DNA of 33,689 nt, taken from the IMG/VR virus record IMGVR_UViG_3300045988_054881; one strand, given 5' to 3'. The notes beneath the pieces were generated by a model. The model was not told the DNA's origin. It did not search any database and was given only the letters and a program-made list of their open reading frames with translations. Positions 24,578 to 32,259 of the stretch are shown one piece after another (positions within the stretch are counted from its first letter, which is position 1; every line of letters starts with the position of its first letter). The position numbers and the translations under genes are program-made. Source of the stretch: a virus.

Positions 24578-25669
24578 TCAATCTGCAAATATAGGTGAAT
24601 AAAATATGAAACCTCTCTTTTCGTTCAAAATTACATAGGTTTGCTGCGGCTCCTCGAAAGCTAGTCCGTGTCCCATCGCGAAGGCGTCAAACCCTTTCAG
24701 TGATCCGTTTACGCAAACCTCTTTAGTGTATATGGAAGTATGGTAGTGCCCGATAAATGCCTTATCAATCTTGATAGTTTGGTTCATTTTGGAATACCAT
24801 CTTAACATAGATGGGTAAATACCTCCGATACCGCCTGCCGTTCTGAATTGGTGCCCATGGGCAAAAAGCATCTTCTTTCCGTACACATCAATATAGGCAA
24901 ACTCACTTTCTGGGATAACAAACTGAAACTTTGTCATGCCCATGAGCGTAATAATATGCTCTATATCCTTGTACATAAAGTACTCGTGGTTCATTTCAAA
25001 ACCGTTACTGAATTGCATCTTTTTGGTAGTGCGCGAATGGTTACCGCAAATACCTATAACCGTGATCTTTTCGAGGTCGGGCAGACTGTCATGTACATAT
25101 TTGAGGCCCGATATGATCAGATTCTTAACAAAGGATATTCCCTGCATGGGAGACATGCTGTTTGTCTGTTCCAATTCCGGGTGTATATACCCGCCAATCA
25201 GATCACCGATAAGCCCTAGCACTAAATTATCTACAGGTTTCTTTTCAATCATGTACACGGCATTAGAAAAGAAATTTTTAATTCTCTGTTCGGCTATCTC
25301 TCTGTTATACCCGTTTTTCCCCAAAACGGTAGACGATTTTACAACCTCGTCAGCATGCCAATCGGATGCTATGAGGAAACCTGTATTTCCTTCCTTATCC
25401 TTTTTGTTTTTCGGAGTTATTTCTACCAATTCGATAGGCGCTGCGTCTTTTTTAAGACCGATTATTCCTTTGATCTCGTCATCACTGTACAGGCTGCGTA
25501 ATTCAGATAACACTGGATCAGTTTCCTGTGATTTAACTTCTGTAGGTTCTTTGCCTTCCCGTTTAGCCCAATATTCGGTATTTCTTTTGTTATAAGGCAA
25601 TACAGGTTTTCCTGTACGCTTGGATATTCTCACGCCATCGGCATTGATAAAGCTATCACTTTTTCCCAT
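24578..25669 (-). CDS. Calcineurin-like metallophosphoesterase (Mre11/SbcD-like nuclease candidate).
   Basis: The ordered motifs 'SDWHAD', 'GDLIGG', 'GNHSR', 'AHGHQF' and 'IGHYH' are all present. 363 aa. Confidence 0.75.
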   Translation of the reverse strand: MGKSDSFINADGVRISKRTGKPVLPYNKRNTEYWAKREGKEPTEVKSQETDPVLSELRSLYSDDEIKGIIGLKKDAAPIELVEITPKNKKDKEGNTGFLIASDWHADEVVKSSTVLGKNGYNREIAEQRIKNFFSNAVYMIEKKPVDNLVLGLIGDLIGGYIHPELEQTNSMSPMQGISFVKNLIISGLKYVHDSLPDLEKITVIGICGNHSRTTKKMQFSNGFEMNHEYFMYKDIEHIITLMGMTKFQFVIPESEFAYIDVYGKKMLFAHGHQFRTAGGIGGIYPSMLRWYSKMNQTIKIDKAFIGHYHTSIYTKEVCVNGSLKGFDAFAMGHGLAFEEPQQTYVILNEKRGFIFYSPIFAD

Positions 25670-25682
25670 TATCGTATAAATT

Positions 25683-25708
25683 AAAAAAGGCGGGCTGTCA
25701 CACCCGCC
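25683..25708 (-). terminator. Rho-independent terminator after the SSB gene.
   Basis: The minus strand reads 'ggcggg-tgtgacag-cccgcc' followed by 'tttttt'. The loop contains a TGTGACA sequence. Confidence 0.7.
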
Positions 25709-25720
25709 AACAGTTAGTAA

Positions 25721-26260
25721 TTAGTTAAATAAGTCGTCGTTTTCGTCCACGACATCGAAGTCGTCAACGCTTGTCCCGCCATCTAGGCGTTCACCGTCTC
25801 TAACTTTCTGCACTCCATTCAGACCGACACCGATACCGTATTTTCCAGTAAACTCATACGGGTAGAATGAAACGGCAACGTTGCCATAACAACCGCTATA
25901 CAGGTCGTTTCTTTCCGTGATATACTGTTTACTTCCGTCTATAACGATAGGTGCGCCCTGTGTAGCTTTCCGTTTGGCATTAATGAAGTAATGGCCTTGA
26001 TACTCTTCACCGTCCCGCTCCTCGTCTCCATCTCTCAACGGATTATTCCAAGTCTTTGGGTTTTTGCCTGCAAGCTTCGGAAACCTTACTTTCAGGTTCT
26101 CATATTCTGCTGCAATAGCGGCTTTGATGGCGGGTACTTCTGGGCTGTCCTTCGGGATCAGAATACAAAGACTATAAACCGGATCACCTGTACCGTTTAC
26201 TTGTTCAGCTTCAAACACTCTTACATAACTCAGTCTTACATTTTTCAACATTGCTTTCAT
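25721..26260 (-). CDS. ssDNA-binding protein (DUF2815-type).
   Basis: The N-terminus 'LKNVRLSYVRVFEAE' and the acidic tail 'DDFDVVDENDDLFN' fit this class. The gene lies between the DUF2800-type nuclease and the polymerase, as in the known cassette. Confidence 0.7.
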   Translation of the reverse strand: MKAMLKNVRLSYVRVFEAEQVNGTGDPVYSLCILIPKDSPEVPAIKAAIAAEYENLKVRFPKLAGKNPKTWNNPLRDGDEERDGEEYQGHYFINAKRKATQGAPIVIDGSKQYITERNDLYSGCYGNVAVSFYPYEFTGKYGIGVGLNGVQKVRDGERLDGGTSVDDFDVVDENDDLFN

Positions 26261-26326
26261 AACGTTTTATACTTTTTGTTTTTGGCCTCTATACGGTTCA
26301 GCCTTTCCGTTTTTAATTTGATGTTG

Positions 26327-26368
26327 CAAAGATAACAATAAAATCAATACGTTGGTTCTTTTGTTAGC
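26327..26368 (-). promoter_or_regulatory. Phage promoter cassette copy (drives the SSB gene).
   Basis: The minus strand reads GCTAAC-N8-CAACGTAT-N12-TATCTTTG, followed by the leader 'CAAATTAAAAACG'. Confidence 0.65.
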
Positions 26369-26373
26369 ATCTT

Positions 26374-27546
26374 TTATATTTTCTCGAATAAATCAAGCGT
26401 TGGCACTATTGCTTCCCGTGGATCATCTTCCAAAGCTAGAGTAGGCGCGCCTGCGGGCTTTTTGATAACGTCTTTCAGTGTTGCCGCAAATGGCTTTTTG
26501 CCTACCATCTTTTCAAGATCACCGATACCTTTCAGCTTGTGATTTTTTAGATCATCCTCAGCAAACCCTAGTCCGGTTAATAGTTCGATTGCTTTCGCTT
26601 CGTCTGATATAACCCGGACGCTTCGCCCTTCTACTAATTTCCATCCCGGCACGGTTTTTCCTTCTAGAGCTGACTTCATGGCATGTTCTTTGATAGACGA
26701 TAACCAACTGGTGAACATATCGGACTTTTTTAGCAACTCCCCTATCTCGTCTAGGGTTAGGGTGTTTGTATCGCCATGAGTTTCAAATTCAGATACTAGA
26801 GCATCCTTCTGCGCACGGCAAAGAGGTTTATGCTTGCAGAACTTGCAGTGTGATCCGGTGACACACTCACCTTCACCCTTAAAAGCTTTTTCAGCCACCG
26901 GACGCAACGTGTGGATAGCCCAATGCGTTAAATCTCGTGCAGGCATCTCGAAGGTAGGGAAGTGACCTAATCTAACTTGTGCGATATGCATACGTACTGT
27001 TTCTATTTCCGCCTGCCTTTTTGGAGGAAGTGACCGAAGGACGCCTAACGCATACATCATAAGTTGCGAATTATTTACAGCCTCTACCTTAACGCCTTTT
27101 CCGTACTTCAAGTCTATAATATCAAGCACCTTTTCCGATACTATATCGCAGTCACAACTGCCCGAACATTCCGGGACGTACATAGATAGATCAAACTTCC
27201 TCTCTAATCCCATTGTAGCGCCTTCTTTTACCTCGAAAAGATCACAGACATAGCAAACGTAATCCGTTACATACTTATCCATCTCAGGGTCGTAATAAGG
27301 GCTGCTTTTGATGTTTTCCGGTGTCGGAAGGTTATCAAGAAGCGGCATGTAGTTTCCGGCTAGATACTCAGTCAACGCATATTCGGCTAACTCGTGGGCG
27401 GTTGTTCCTTCCTCAGCCGCTGAACTGCTTGTTTCCTCGTAACTCTCTTCCAATCTTGCCGACGGTGTACAAGTCATCCACCGTTTTGATCCGGATGGAG
27501 AGAGTAGGGAATGTGCTCTCTCCGTGTGGTTTATTGTTTCTGACAC
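26374..27546 (-). CDS. PD-(D/E)XK nuclease with a C-terminal Cys cluster (DUF2800/Cas4-like).
   Basis: 'LLSPSGSKRWMTCTPS' at the N-terminus, 'DIIDLKYGKGVKVEAVNNSQLMMYALG' as the D..D.K core, and 'CKFCKHKPLC'. The start codon is GTG at 27546. Confidence 0.8.
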   Translation of the reverse strand: MSETINHTERAHSLLSPSGSKRWMTCTPSARLEESYEETSSSAAEEGTTAHELAEYALTEYLAGNYMPLLDNLPTPENIKSSPYYDPEMDKYVTDYVCYVCDLFEVKEGATMGLERKFDLSMYVPECSGSCDCDIVSEKVLDIIDLKYGKGVKVEAVNNSQLMMYALGVLRSLPPKRQAEIETVRMHIAQVRLGHFPTFEMPARDLTHWAIHTLRPVAEKAFKGEGECVTGSHCKFCKHKPLCRAQKDALVSEFETHGDTNTLTLDEIGELLKKSDMFTSWLSSIKEHAMKSALEGKTVPGWKLVEGRSVRVISDEAKAIELLTGLGFAEDDLKNHKLKGIGDLEKMVGKKPFAATLKDVIKKPAGAPTLALEDDPREAIVPTLDLFEKI

Positions 27547-27547
27547 A

Positions 27548-28036
27548 TTAGTCCTTGTAAGTGATTAGACGTTGTTTCAACAAAGCAAACTTTGCAGGCG
27601 CAATTTTCATTAAAGAAGTACCGCCAAACTCATGGAAAATACTCATGATCTCGTCTCTAGTGAGCTTGCCGGACTTGGATAGAGAAATAACTAAATCCTG
27701 CATTTCCTTCGTGGTCGGTTGTTCGTCCGTGCTCGTTTCAGTTTCCGGTGCAGGTTCAACTACAGGTTCCGGTGCAGGTTCAACTACAGGTGCAGGTTCA
27801 ACTACATGTTCCGGTGCGGGTGCTGCTTTCCCTGCTTTTACCTTTCTTGGTGCTTTCTCTGTAACGGGTACAGCGGCTATTTCCTTGACCTCTACAGGAC
27901 TTTCTACCTTTAGTTGTGCGGTTGTGTCACATGGGATATTAGAACTCAAATTTGCGCCCGAAATAACGCTTTTCACAAATTCCACCTCGTGCAAGTTGCT
28001 TGCATCGAAATCCAACTCAAAAACTTTAATTTTCAT
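27548..28036 (-). CDS. Hypothetical early protein with a Pro/Glu/Val-rich repeat linker.
   Basis: 'APEHVVEPAPVVEPAPEPVVEPAPETE' is encoded by 18-24-nt tandem repeats at ~27742-27820. I chose the ATG at 28036 ('MKIKVFELDF'); the ORF-track start at 28048 is a TTG codon. Confidence 0.5.
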   Translation of the reverse strand: MKIKVFELDFDASNLHEVEFVKSVISGANLSSNIPCDTTAQLKVESPVEVKEIAAVPVTEKAPRKVKAGKAAPAPEHVVEPAPVVEPAPEPVVEPAPETETSTDEQPTTKEMQDLVISLSKSGKLTRDEIMSIFHEFGGTSLMKIAPAKFALLKQRLITYKD

Positions 28037-28057
28037 ACGATTTTTCAATTTATATAA

Positions 28058-28324
28058 TTAATACTTGGTTTCTCTAGTCTCTAGTATGTGGGATGTAACT
28101 TCTATTACCATCTGATTGTAAAAGTCTTCATACTCTTCGGAGTTATTGTATAGTTCTTCGATTGATACCTCGAATTTTGATCCGTCCAATTCAGAGATTA
28201 GGTAGGGAGTTAAAAACCCTTCGAGAGTAGGCATACTTTCAGCCACGGACACAACATTATAGCTGTTAGCTTTGGCTGACATGTAGTCTAAAACTTCTTT
28301 CGTGATAAACTTTAGATTTTTCAT
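28058..28324 (-). CDS. Small acidic early protein.
   Basis: 88 aa with 16 D/E against 6 K/R. Contains 'SIEELYNNSEEYEDFYNQ'. Confidence 0.45.
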   Translation of the reverse strand: MKNLKFITKEVLDYMSAKANSYNVVSVAESMPTLEGFLTPYLISELDGSKFEVSIEELYNNSEEYEDFYNQMVIEVTSHILETRETKY

Positions 28325-28325
28325 A

Positions 28326-28526
28326 TTATCCGTTTTTACATGCTCTTTTTAGAGCGATTAGGTCTTTAACTTTCGGGTTATCCGAATTTTTGGTAGCGTC
28401 GATAAGTGTCATATCTGTAACGGTAGCGTACCAACACTTGCTAGTTACCGGACTCTCAAAACATACACGATAAGCACCGTGTCCGATAAGCCTAAACGAA
28501 AAGTCATAAATACTAATTCTCTTCAT
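28326..28526 (-). CDS. Small early protein, paralog of 29513..29758.
   Basis: 66 aa. The shared pattern is 'IS..DF.F...G...Y.V...SP.....W...V....LI.....NS..P...DL.AL...CKNG'. Confidence 0.55.
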   Translation of the reverse strand: MKRISIYDFSFRLIGHGAYRVCFESPVTSKCWYATVTDMTLIDATKNSDNPKVKDLIALKRACKNG

Positions 28527-28553
28527 AATTTCTACTTTTTAATTGTTATGGTA

Positions 28554-28607
28554 CAAAGACAAGGAATAAAACAATACGTTGTTCTTTTTGTTAACGTAAT
28601 TTAAGAA
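28554..28607 (-). promoter_or_regulatory. Phage promoter cassette copy.
   Basis: The minus strand reads CTTAAATTAC-GTTAAC-N8-CAACGTAT-N12-TGTCTTTG, followed by the leader 'ACAATTAAAAAG'. The upstream gene's TAA stop lies inside GTTAAC. Confidence 0.6.
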
Positions 28608-29106
28608 AGTTGTTTTTCTGAATTTTGTCAATCCATGCTTTAGGAACGATAGGGAGCGTGTCTATATACTGCTTGATATAAACCTTGCGCCCGTTTGAAT
28701 CGAAGGAATACCAACCTACGTTGCTATACTTGAAAAAAGACCTATAATCTTTGTTTAGCTTAACAACCTTACTGACTATATCGTTCACATCCACTTTCCC
28801 TACACAACCAGACTGTGCTAAATCAGATGCTTTCTTGATAAGTAGTAAGGCTTCCAAAAAGCACGGGTTGTCTCTCAAATAAACCAAGCATTCCTGCGTA
28901 TAGTGGGACGTGTCGCATAGGTCTACGGGTTTAGCTTTTTTCGATGCGCGTTTCAGTAACTCTTCGGTCATCTCTGCGGGGAAAACATACCGCCCGTTAT
29001 TGGGGAGATTTACCCGTACGATGACGGTTCCTGTTTTGGTGGAATCCATTAATTCCGGTGACACAATAATGTCGGCAATCTGATTTTTTAAACTTCTAGC
29101 TTTCAT
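28591..29106 (-). CDS. Hypothetical early protein.
   Basis: 171 aa with an ATG start and its own cassette promoter. Confidence 0.5.
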   Translation of the reverse strand: MKARSLKNQIADIIVSPELMDSTKTGTVIVRVNLPNNGRYVFPAEMTEELLKRASKKAKPVDLCDTSHYTQECLVYLRDNPCFLEALLLIKKASDLAQSGCVGKVDVNDIVSKVVKLNKDYRSFFKYSNVGWYSFDSNGRKVYIKQYIDTLPIVPKAWIDKIQKNNFLKLR

Positions 29107-29140
29107 AACGTTTACTTTTTGCTTTTTAATTTTGATACTA

Positions 29141-29194
29141 CAAAGATACGTATTATTCCGATACGTTGGTTATTTTGTTAACCTTATTTAAGAA
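29141..29194 (-). promoter_or_regulatory. Phage promoter cassette copy.
   Basis: The minus strand reads CTTAAATAAG-GTTAAC-N8-CAACGTAT-N12-TATCTTTG, followed by the leader 'CAAAATTAAAAAG'. Confidence 0.65.
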
Positions 29195-29395
29195 AATAGC
29201 CTCCATTAGCGGTTGTAAGAACTTGTAGGACTCTCCGTTAAATTGATAAGATTCTATTTTCCCTCTAAAGCGCACCTCTGAAAAAGAAGTGTTATACTCG
29301 TTACCTTTGTCATCCACATATACGAGTATGTGATTGATGATAATAAAGTCACCATCTGTTAGGTGTCCGGCATTGATACAATTTATTGCTCTCAT
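29153..29395 (-). CDS. Hypothetical small early protein.
   Basis: 80 aa with an ATG start. Its 3' end is encoded by the next promoter cassette. Confidence 0.45.
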   Translation of the reverse strand: MRAINCINAGHLTDGDFIIINHILVYVDDKGNEYNTSFSEVRFRGKIESYQFNGESYKFLQPLMEAIFLNKVNKITNVSE

Positions 29396-29465
29396 ACGAT
29401 TTTTTCCGACTAGTGCCTCGGTGGCCTTCCGCTAGGTGAAACAACGTGTTTCCCTTTCTGCTCTG

Positions 29466-29520
29466 CAAAGATATGGATAAAAACAATACGTTGTACATTT
29501 CGTTAACACTAATTAATAAT
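29466..29520 (-). promoter_or_regulatory. Phage promoter cassette copy with a ~70-nt GC-rich leader.
   Basis: The minus strand reads GTTAAC-N8-CAACGTAT-N12-TATCTTTG. Confidence 0.6.
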
Positions 29521-29758
29521 TTAGTGTTTTAATCGTTATTGAACCCTTATCGCTATATCCGTTCTTGCAAACGAAAAACAAGGCTTTTAAGTCTCTAGCT
29601 CTAGGACTATTAGAATTCATAACGGACTCTATGAGAGAAACGTTGCTGACGTGTTGACGCCATACCCGGCCCGATAGAGGGCTTTTATATTCTACTAGAT
29701 ATTTTCTACAACCCAATGAGGTGAACTCGAAATCGTGAACGCTGATTTTTGTTGCCAT
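29513..29758 (-). CDS. First early gene. A small protein, paralog of 28326..28526.
   Basis: 81 aa. 'ISVHDFEFTSLGCRKYLVEYKSPLSGRVWRQHVSNVSLIESVMNSNSPRARDLKALFFVCKNG'. Confidence 0.55.
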   Translation of the reverse strand: MATKISVHDFEFTSLGCRKYLVEYKSPLSGRVWRQHVSNVSLIESVMNSNSPRARDLKALFFVCKNGYSDKGSITIKTLNY

Positions 29759-29785
29759 TTGAATTACTTTTTAATTGTTATGCTG

Positions 29786-29840
29786 CAAAGGTAGGAAAAG
29801 ATATGGTATGTTATACATTTCGTTATGTTACATTAACACT
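29786..29840 (-). promoter_or_regulatory. Degenerate cassette-type promoter of the first early gene, overlapped by an operator-like palindrome.
   Basis: The -7 box TACCTTTG (29786-29793) is followed by the leader 'ACAATTAAAAAG'. The upstream boxes are altered (CATAAC / TAACATAC) but keep the same N8/N12 spacing. Confidence 0.55.
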
Positions 29841-30234
29841 TTTGTGCGTGTAACAGCTAAATTGTTGCATATCAAGGCATTATAAAAACGTGTGACAGAT
29901 TCAAATGTTATAGTAACATAAATGTAACACTGTAAGTTGTTGTAGGTCTGTGGGTTACTAGCGCTGTGACAAAAACACGCCTAAAATTCCCTTATACTTT
30001 TATTTCGTTGTTTTGCAATTTATACCCCTATATTGTAATCTCTGATATTACAATAATCTATTTTCTCGAATAAGTATAGGGCTATTTTTATATATTTGCT
30101 GTAACAGATATAGTTAAGTAGTTGTAATAGAGCAAGTTAGCTGTGACAAAAGTGGTTACTATCTCAAATGTTAATGTAACATAATCTCATAAGTTATTAT
30201 AAATGAGCTGTTTAACTGTGACAACGGTGTGACA
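29825..30234. promoter_or_regulatory. Non-coding module B. It holds 5 TGTGACA sites, 3 ATGTTA-N3-TAACA(T/C) palindromes, a conserved hairpin and the 29-nt core shared with module A.
   Basis: No ORF of 60 aa or more falls between 29759 and 30287. Coordinates are given in the findings. Confidence 0.75.
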
Positions 30235-30240
30235 GTCCTA

Positions 30241-30279
30241 AACGAAAACAGGGAAGCACCATTTTTGGCACCTCCCTGT
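30241..30279 (-). terminator. Terminator ending the late unit, specific to the minus strand.
   Basis: A 14-bp stem pairs 30248-61 with 30266-79. Three positions are G-U pairs in the minus-strand RNA but A-C mismatches in the plus sense. It is followed by 'uuucguuu' and lies 9 nt after the stop at 30288. Confidence 0.65.
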
Positions 30280-30287
30280 TTTTCTAT

Positions 30288-30866
30288 TTATTTGAACCGT
30301 ACTGCAACGTCTATGTTAATTTTTGTTTTCGGGTTCTTATTGGAAATATCGTAGTTAACCTTTTTTAACCCCCATCGAAAGAATAAGAATCTCTTTTTCT
30401 GAATGGAAACAACGCCTACTATCGTGTCCCTGCCAATGTATGAAAGCTTCGCTGAATCTCTTATCTGTTCTGACTTGATTGTGTTCCAAGCGTCTCTATA
30501 TTCAGCGGTTACTATCTTATTAATGGTGTCTACCCGAACAGTTTCTATCACCTCCGTTGTACTTTCGGTTCGGACGGCTGACTGAACGTCTTTTATACGT
30601 AGCTTCAACGCGCTTATTTCTTTGCGCAGATCAGCGTTAACCGATTTCAACTCTTTATGTGATAGCTCTAGAGCTTGTTTCTGCTCGGCCGCGTCTCCCA
30701 GTTTAGTAACGTATGACACCGCCTCAGAAGTTAGTCCAGATATGTTCCTTTCCTGCCTTTCAATGGTTTCTTTTTGGGCATTTATCTTTGCTACCAAACG
30801 GGATATAAGGCCCAAAGTAACCGCCACGATTGTAGCGGTTGCTATGATCTTTTGAAGCTTACTCAT
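30288..30866 (-). CDS. N-terminally membrane-anchored coiled-coil protein (spanin-like lysis accessory, putative).
   Basis: The ATG at 30866 gives 'MSKLQKIIATATIVAVTLGLISRLVAKINAQKETIERQ...', a TM helix followed by a heptad-like region. It is the last gene of the lysis cluster. The ORF-track N-terminal extension overlaps the lysin gene. Confidence 0.45.
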   Translation of the reverse strand: MSKLQKIIATATIVAVTLGLISRLVAKINAQKETIERQERNISGLTSEAVSYVTKLGDAAEQKQALELSHKELKSVNADLRKEISALKLRIKDVQSAVRTESTTEVIETVRVDTINKIVTAEYRDAWNTIKSEQIRDSAKLSYIGRDTIVGVVSIQKKRFLFFRWGLKKVNYDISNKNPKTKINIDVAVRFK

Positions 30867-31374
30867 ACTTGATAGCGTTAATTCTGTTAAGCCACCCTTT
30901 GCGGAATTTCTCGTTTGCCGGGCGGGCCTTGCAAATCTCGTCAATAAACTTGATACGGTCTGCCTTGATAGCCTCGAACAGGCGCTTTGGTTCAGCAATG
31001 TTCAGATAGGAAAGTGTAACTTTTCCTACAATGCCATCATCGGGAACACCTAGAATCCTTTGAGGTCTTTTGATACCATGAACACCGGATGCCCAAACCC
31101 AATCAACTAGGATATTGGCGACAGGCTGACTTTTGATCTCATCGCCTATCCACCTGTCCCAGTACATAGTCTTGAAAACCTCGTACCAGTCATCATCAGA
31201 TATGTTTTTCAAGTCCTCCACTGTAGGTTTAGGCATACCTTTCTTTTTCCGATACGTCTCGAACGTTCCCATTGTTATACCTTTGTTGGTCGCACCTCCT
31301 AGGTCGTCCGGATCACAAACGTAGCCACCTTCCCATTGAAGGATAAACGGCACTAATTTATTCGCTATCGCCAT
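30859..31374 (-). CDS. Endolysin: GH108 muramidase domain plus a PG_binding_3 domain.
   Basis: 'ILQWEGGYVCDPDDLGGATNKGIT' is the GH108 signature. The C-terminal 'ILGVPDDGIVGKVTLSYLN' is a peptidoglycan-binding motif. I chose the ATG at 31374; the ORF-track start at 31401 is a TTG codon. Confidence 0.85.
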   Translation of the reverse strand: MAIANKLVPFILQWEGGYVCDPDDLGGATNKGITMGTFETYRKKKGMPKPTVEDLKNISDDDWYEVFKTMYWDRWIGDEIKSQPVANILVDWVWASGVHGIKRPQRILGVPDDGIVGKVTLSYLNIAEPKRLFEAIKADRIKFIDEICKARPANEKFRKGWLNRINAIKYE

Positions 31375-31867
31375 CGTCTTTTTTCTTTTTAGGTATTTCA
31401 AATTCTCCGTCTTTGATTTTCTTTTTCATCTGAAAGTACTTGTTATTCGCAATCGAATTAAGCACCCGGATAAACTCATTAGACGGCTGTATTATTCGTA
31501 GGTTCTTTGTTATGCTACGCGCGTATATTATTAGGAATATACCCGTGAGCGTCTTTATGATCAGACTGTAATCTATCGAAGGTTCCAACATTGAACATGT
31601 GAGCGCAACAAAGAACAAAACAGCGCTCGTTAGAAACAATTCTTTCACGGCCTGCATAGTCTTCTTGTGTTGGTACTTCTCGCCCTTTTTTCGGCCTGCC
31701 ATATATCCGGCCCACCAATTTAAGAAGGTAACCAAGACAACCAATAGAATAAAATCCTTAACGTCCGAAACTGCCGTTAGAACGGTTACGGCAAAAAATG
31801 CTCGGAAGTAGGTTTCTATATGCTCTATCACTTGATAAGCCCTATTCGGGTATTCACAACTGTACAT
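31358..31867 (-). CDS. Holin-like membrane protein.
   Basis: 3-4 hydrophobic helices ('FFAVTVLTAV', 'ILLVVLVTFLNWWAGY', 'LFLTSAVLFFVALTC', 'LTGIFLIIYA') and a charged C-terminus. Lies directly upstream of the endolysin gene. An alternative GTG start at 31831 would overlap the upstream stop as GTGA. Confidence 0.6.
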   Translation of the reverse strand: MYSCEYPNRAYQVIEHIETYFRAFFAVTVLTAVSDVKDFILLVVLVTFLNWWAGYMAGRKKGEKYQHKKTMQAVKELFLTSAVLFFVALTCSMLEPSIDYSLIIKTLTGIFLIIYARSITKNLRIIQPSNEFIRVLNSIANNKYFQMKKKIKDGEFEIPKKKKDDGDSE

Positions 31868-32259
31868 GTCTTTATAAATCCGTCCTCTTGCATCTTGCGT
31901 ATAAGAGGTTGGAAAAATAAATCGGCTTTGGCCCGTTCTGCCTCAACCCGTTTGACTTTACTTGTGTCGGGAACGACAATAGAGTTTCCGTATGTCTGAA
32001 TCTTGACACCTGTAGTAGTGCTGTTCTGATCTGCAATCTGCAAATATCTAGCAAAAGCGTAGTAACATATCACTTTCTCGGCACCTGCGTAGTTCAAGCC
32101 ATCAGATATATACTGAGAAGGAATTGACTCGTACATATTACCCGATTGGGGAAGTATGTCGAGTAAGTCCGCCTCAAAAAAGGCCTTTTCAATCTTATTA
32201 TCTTTTACGTCCGCTGCAATCTCAAATAACTGCCGGAACATCGTTAGCGGGTATGCCAT
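31828..32259 (-). CDS. Hypothetical virion-associated protein.
   Basis: 143 aa with an ATG start. Overlaps the end of the portal gene by 38 nt. Confidence 0.4.
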   Translation of the reverse strand: MAYPLTMFRQLFEIAADVKDNKIEKAFFEADLLDILPQSGNMYESIPSQYISDGLNYAGAEKVICYYAFARYLQIADQNSTTTGVKIQTYGNSIVVPDTSKVKRVEAERAKADLFFQPLIRKMQEDGFIKTCTVVNTRIGLIK

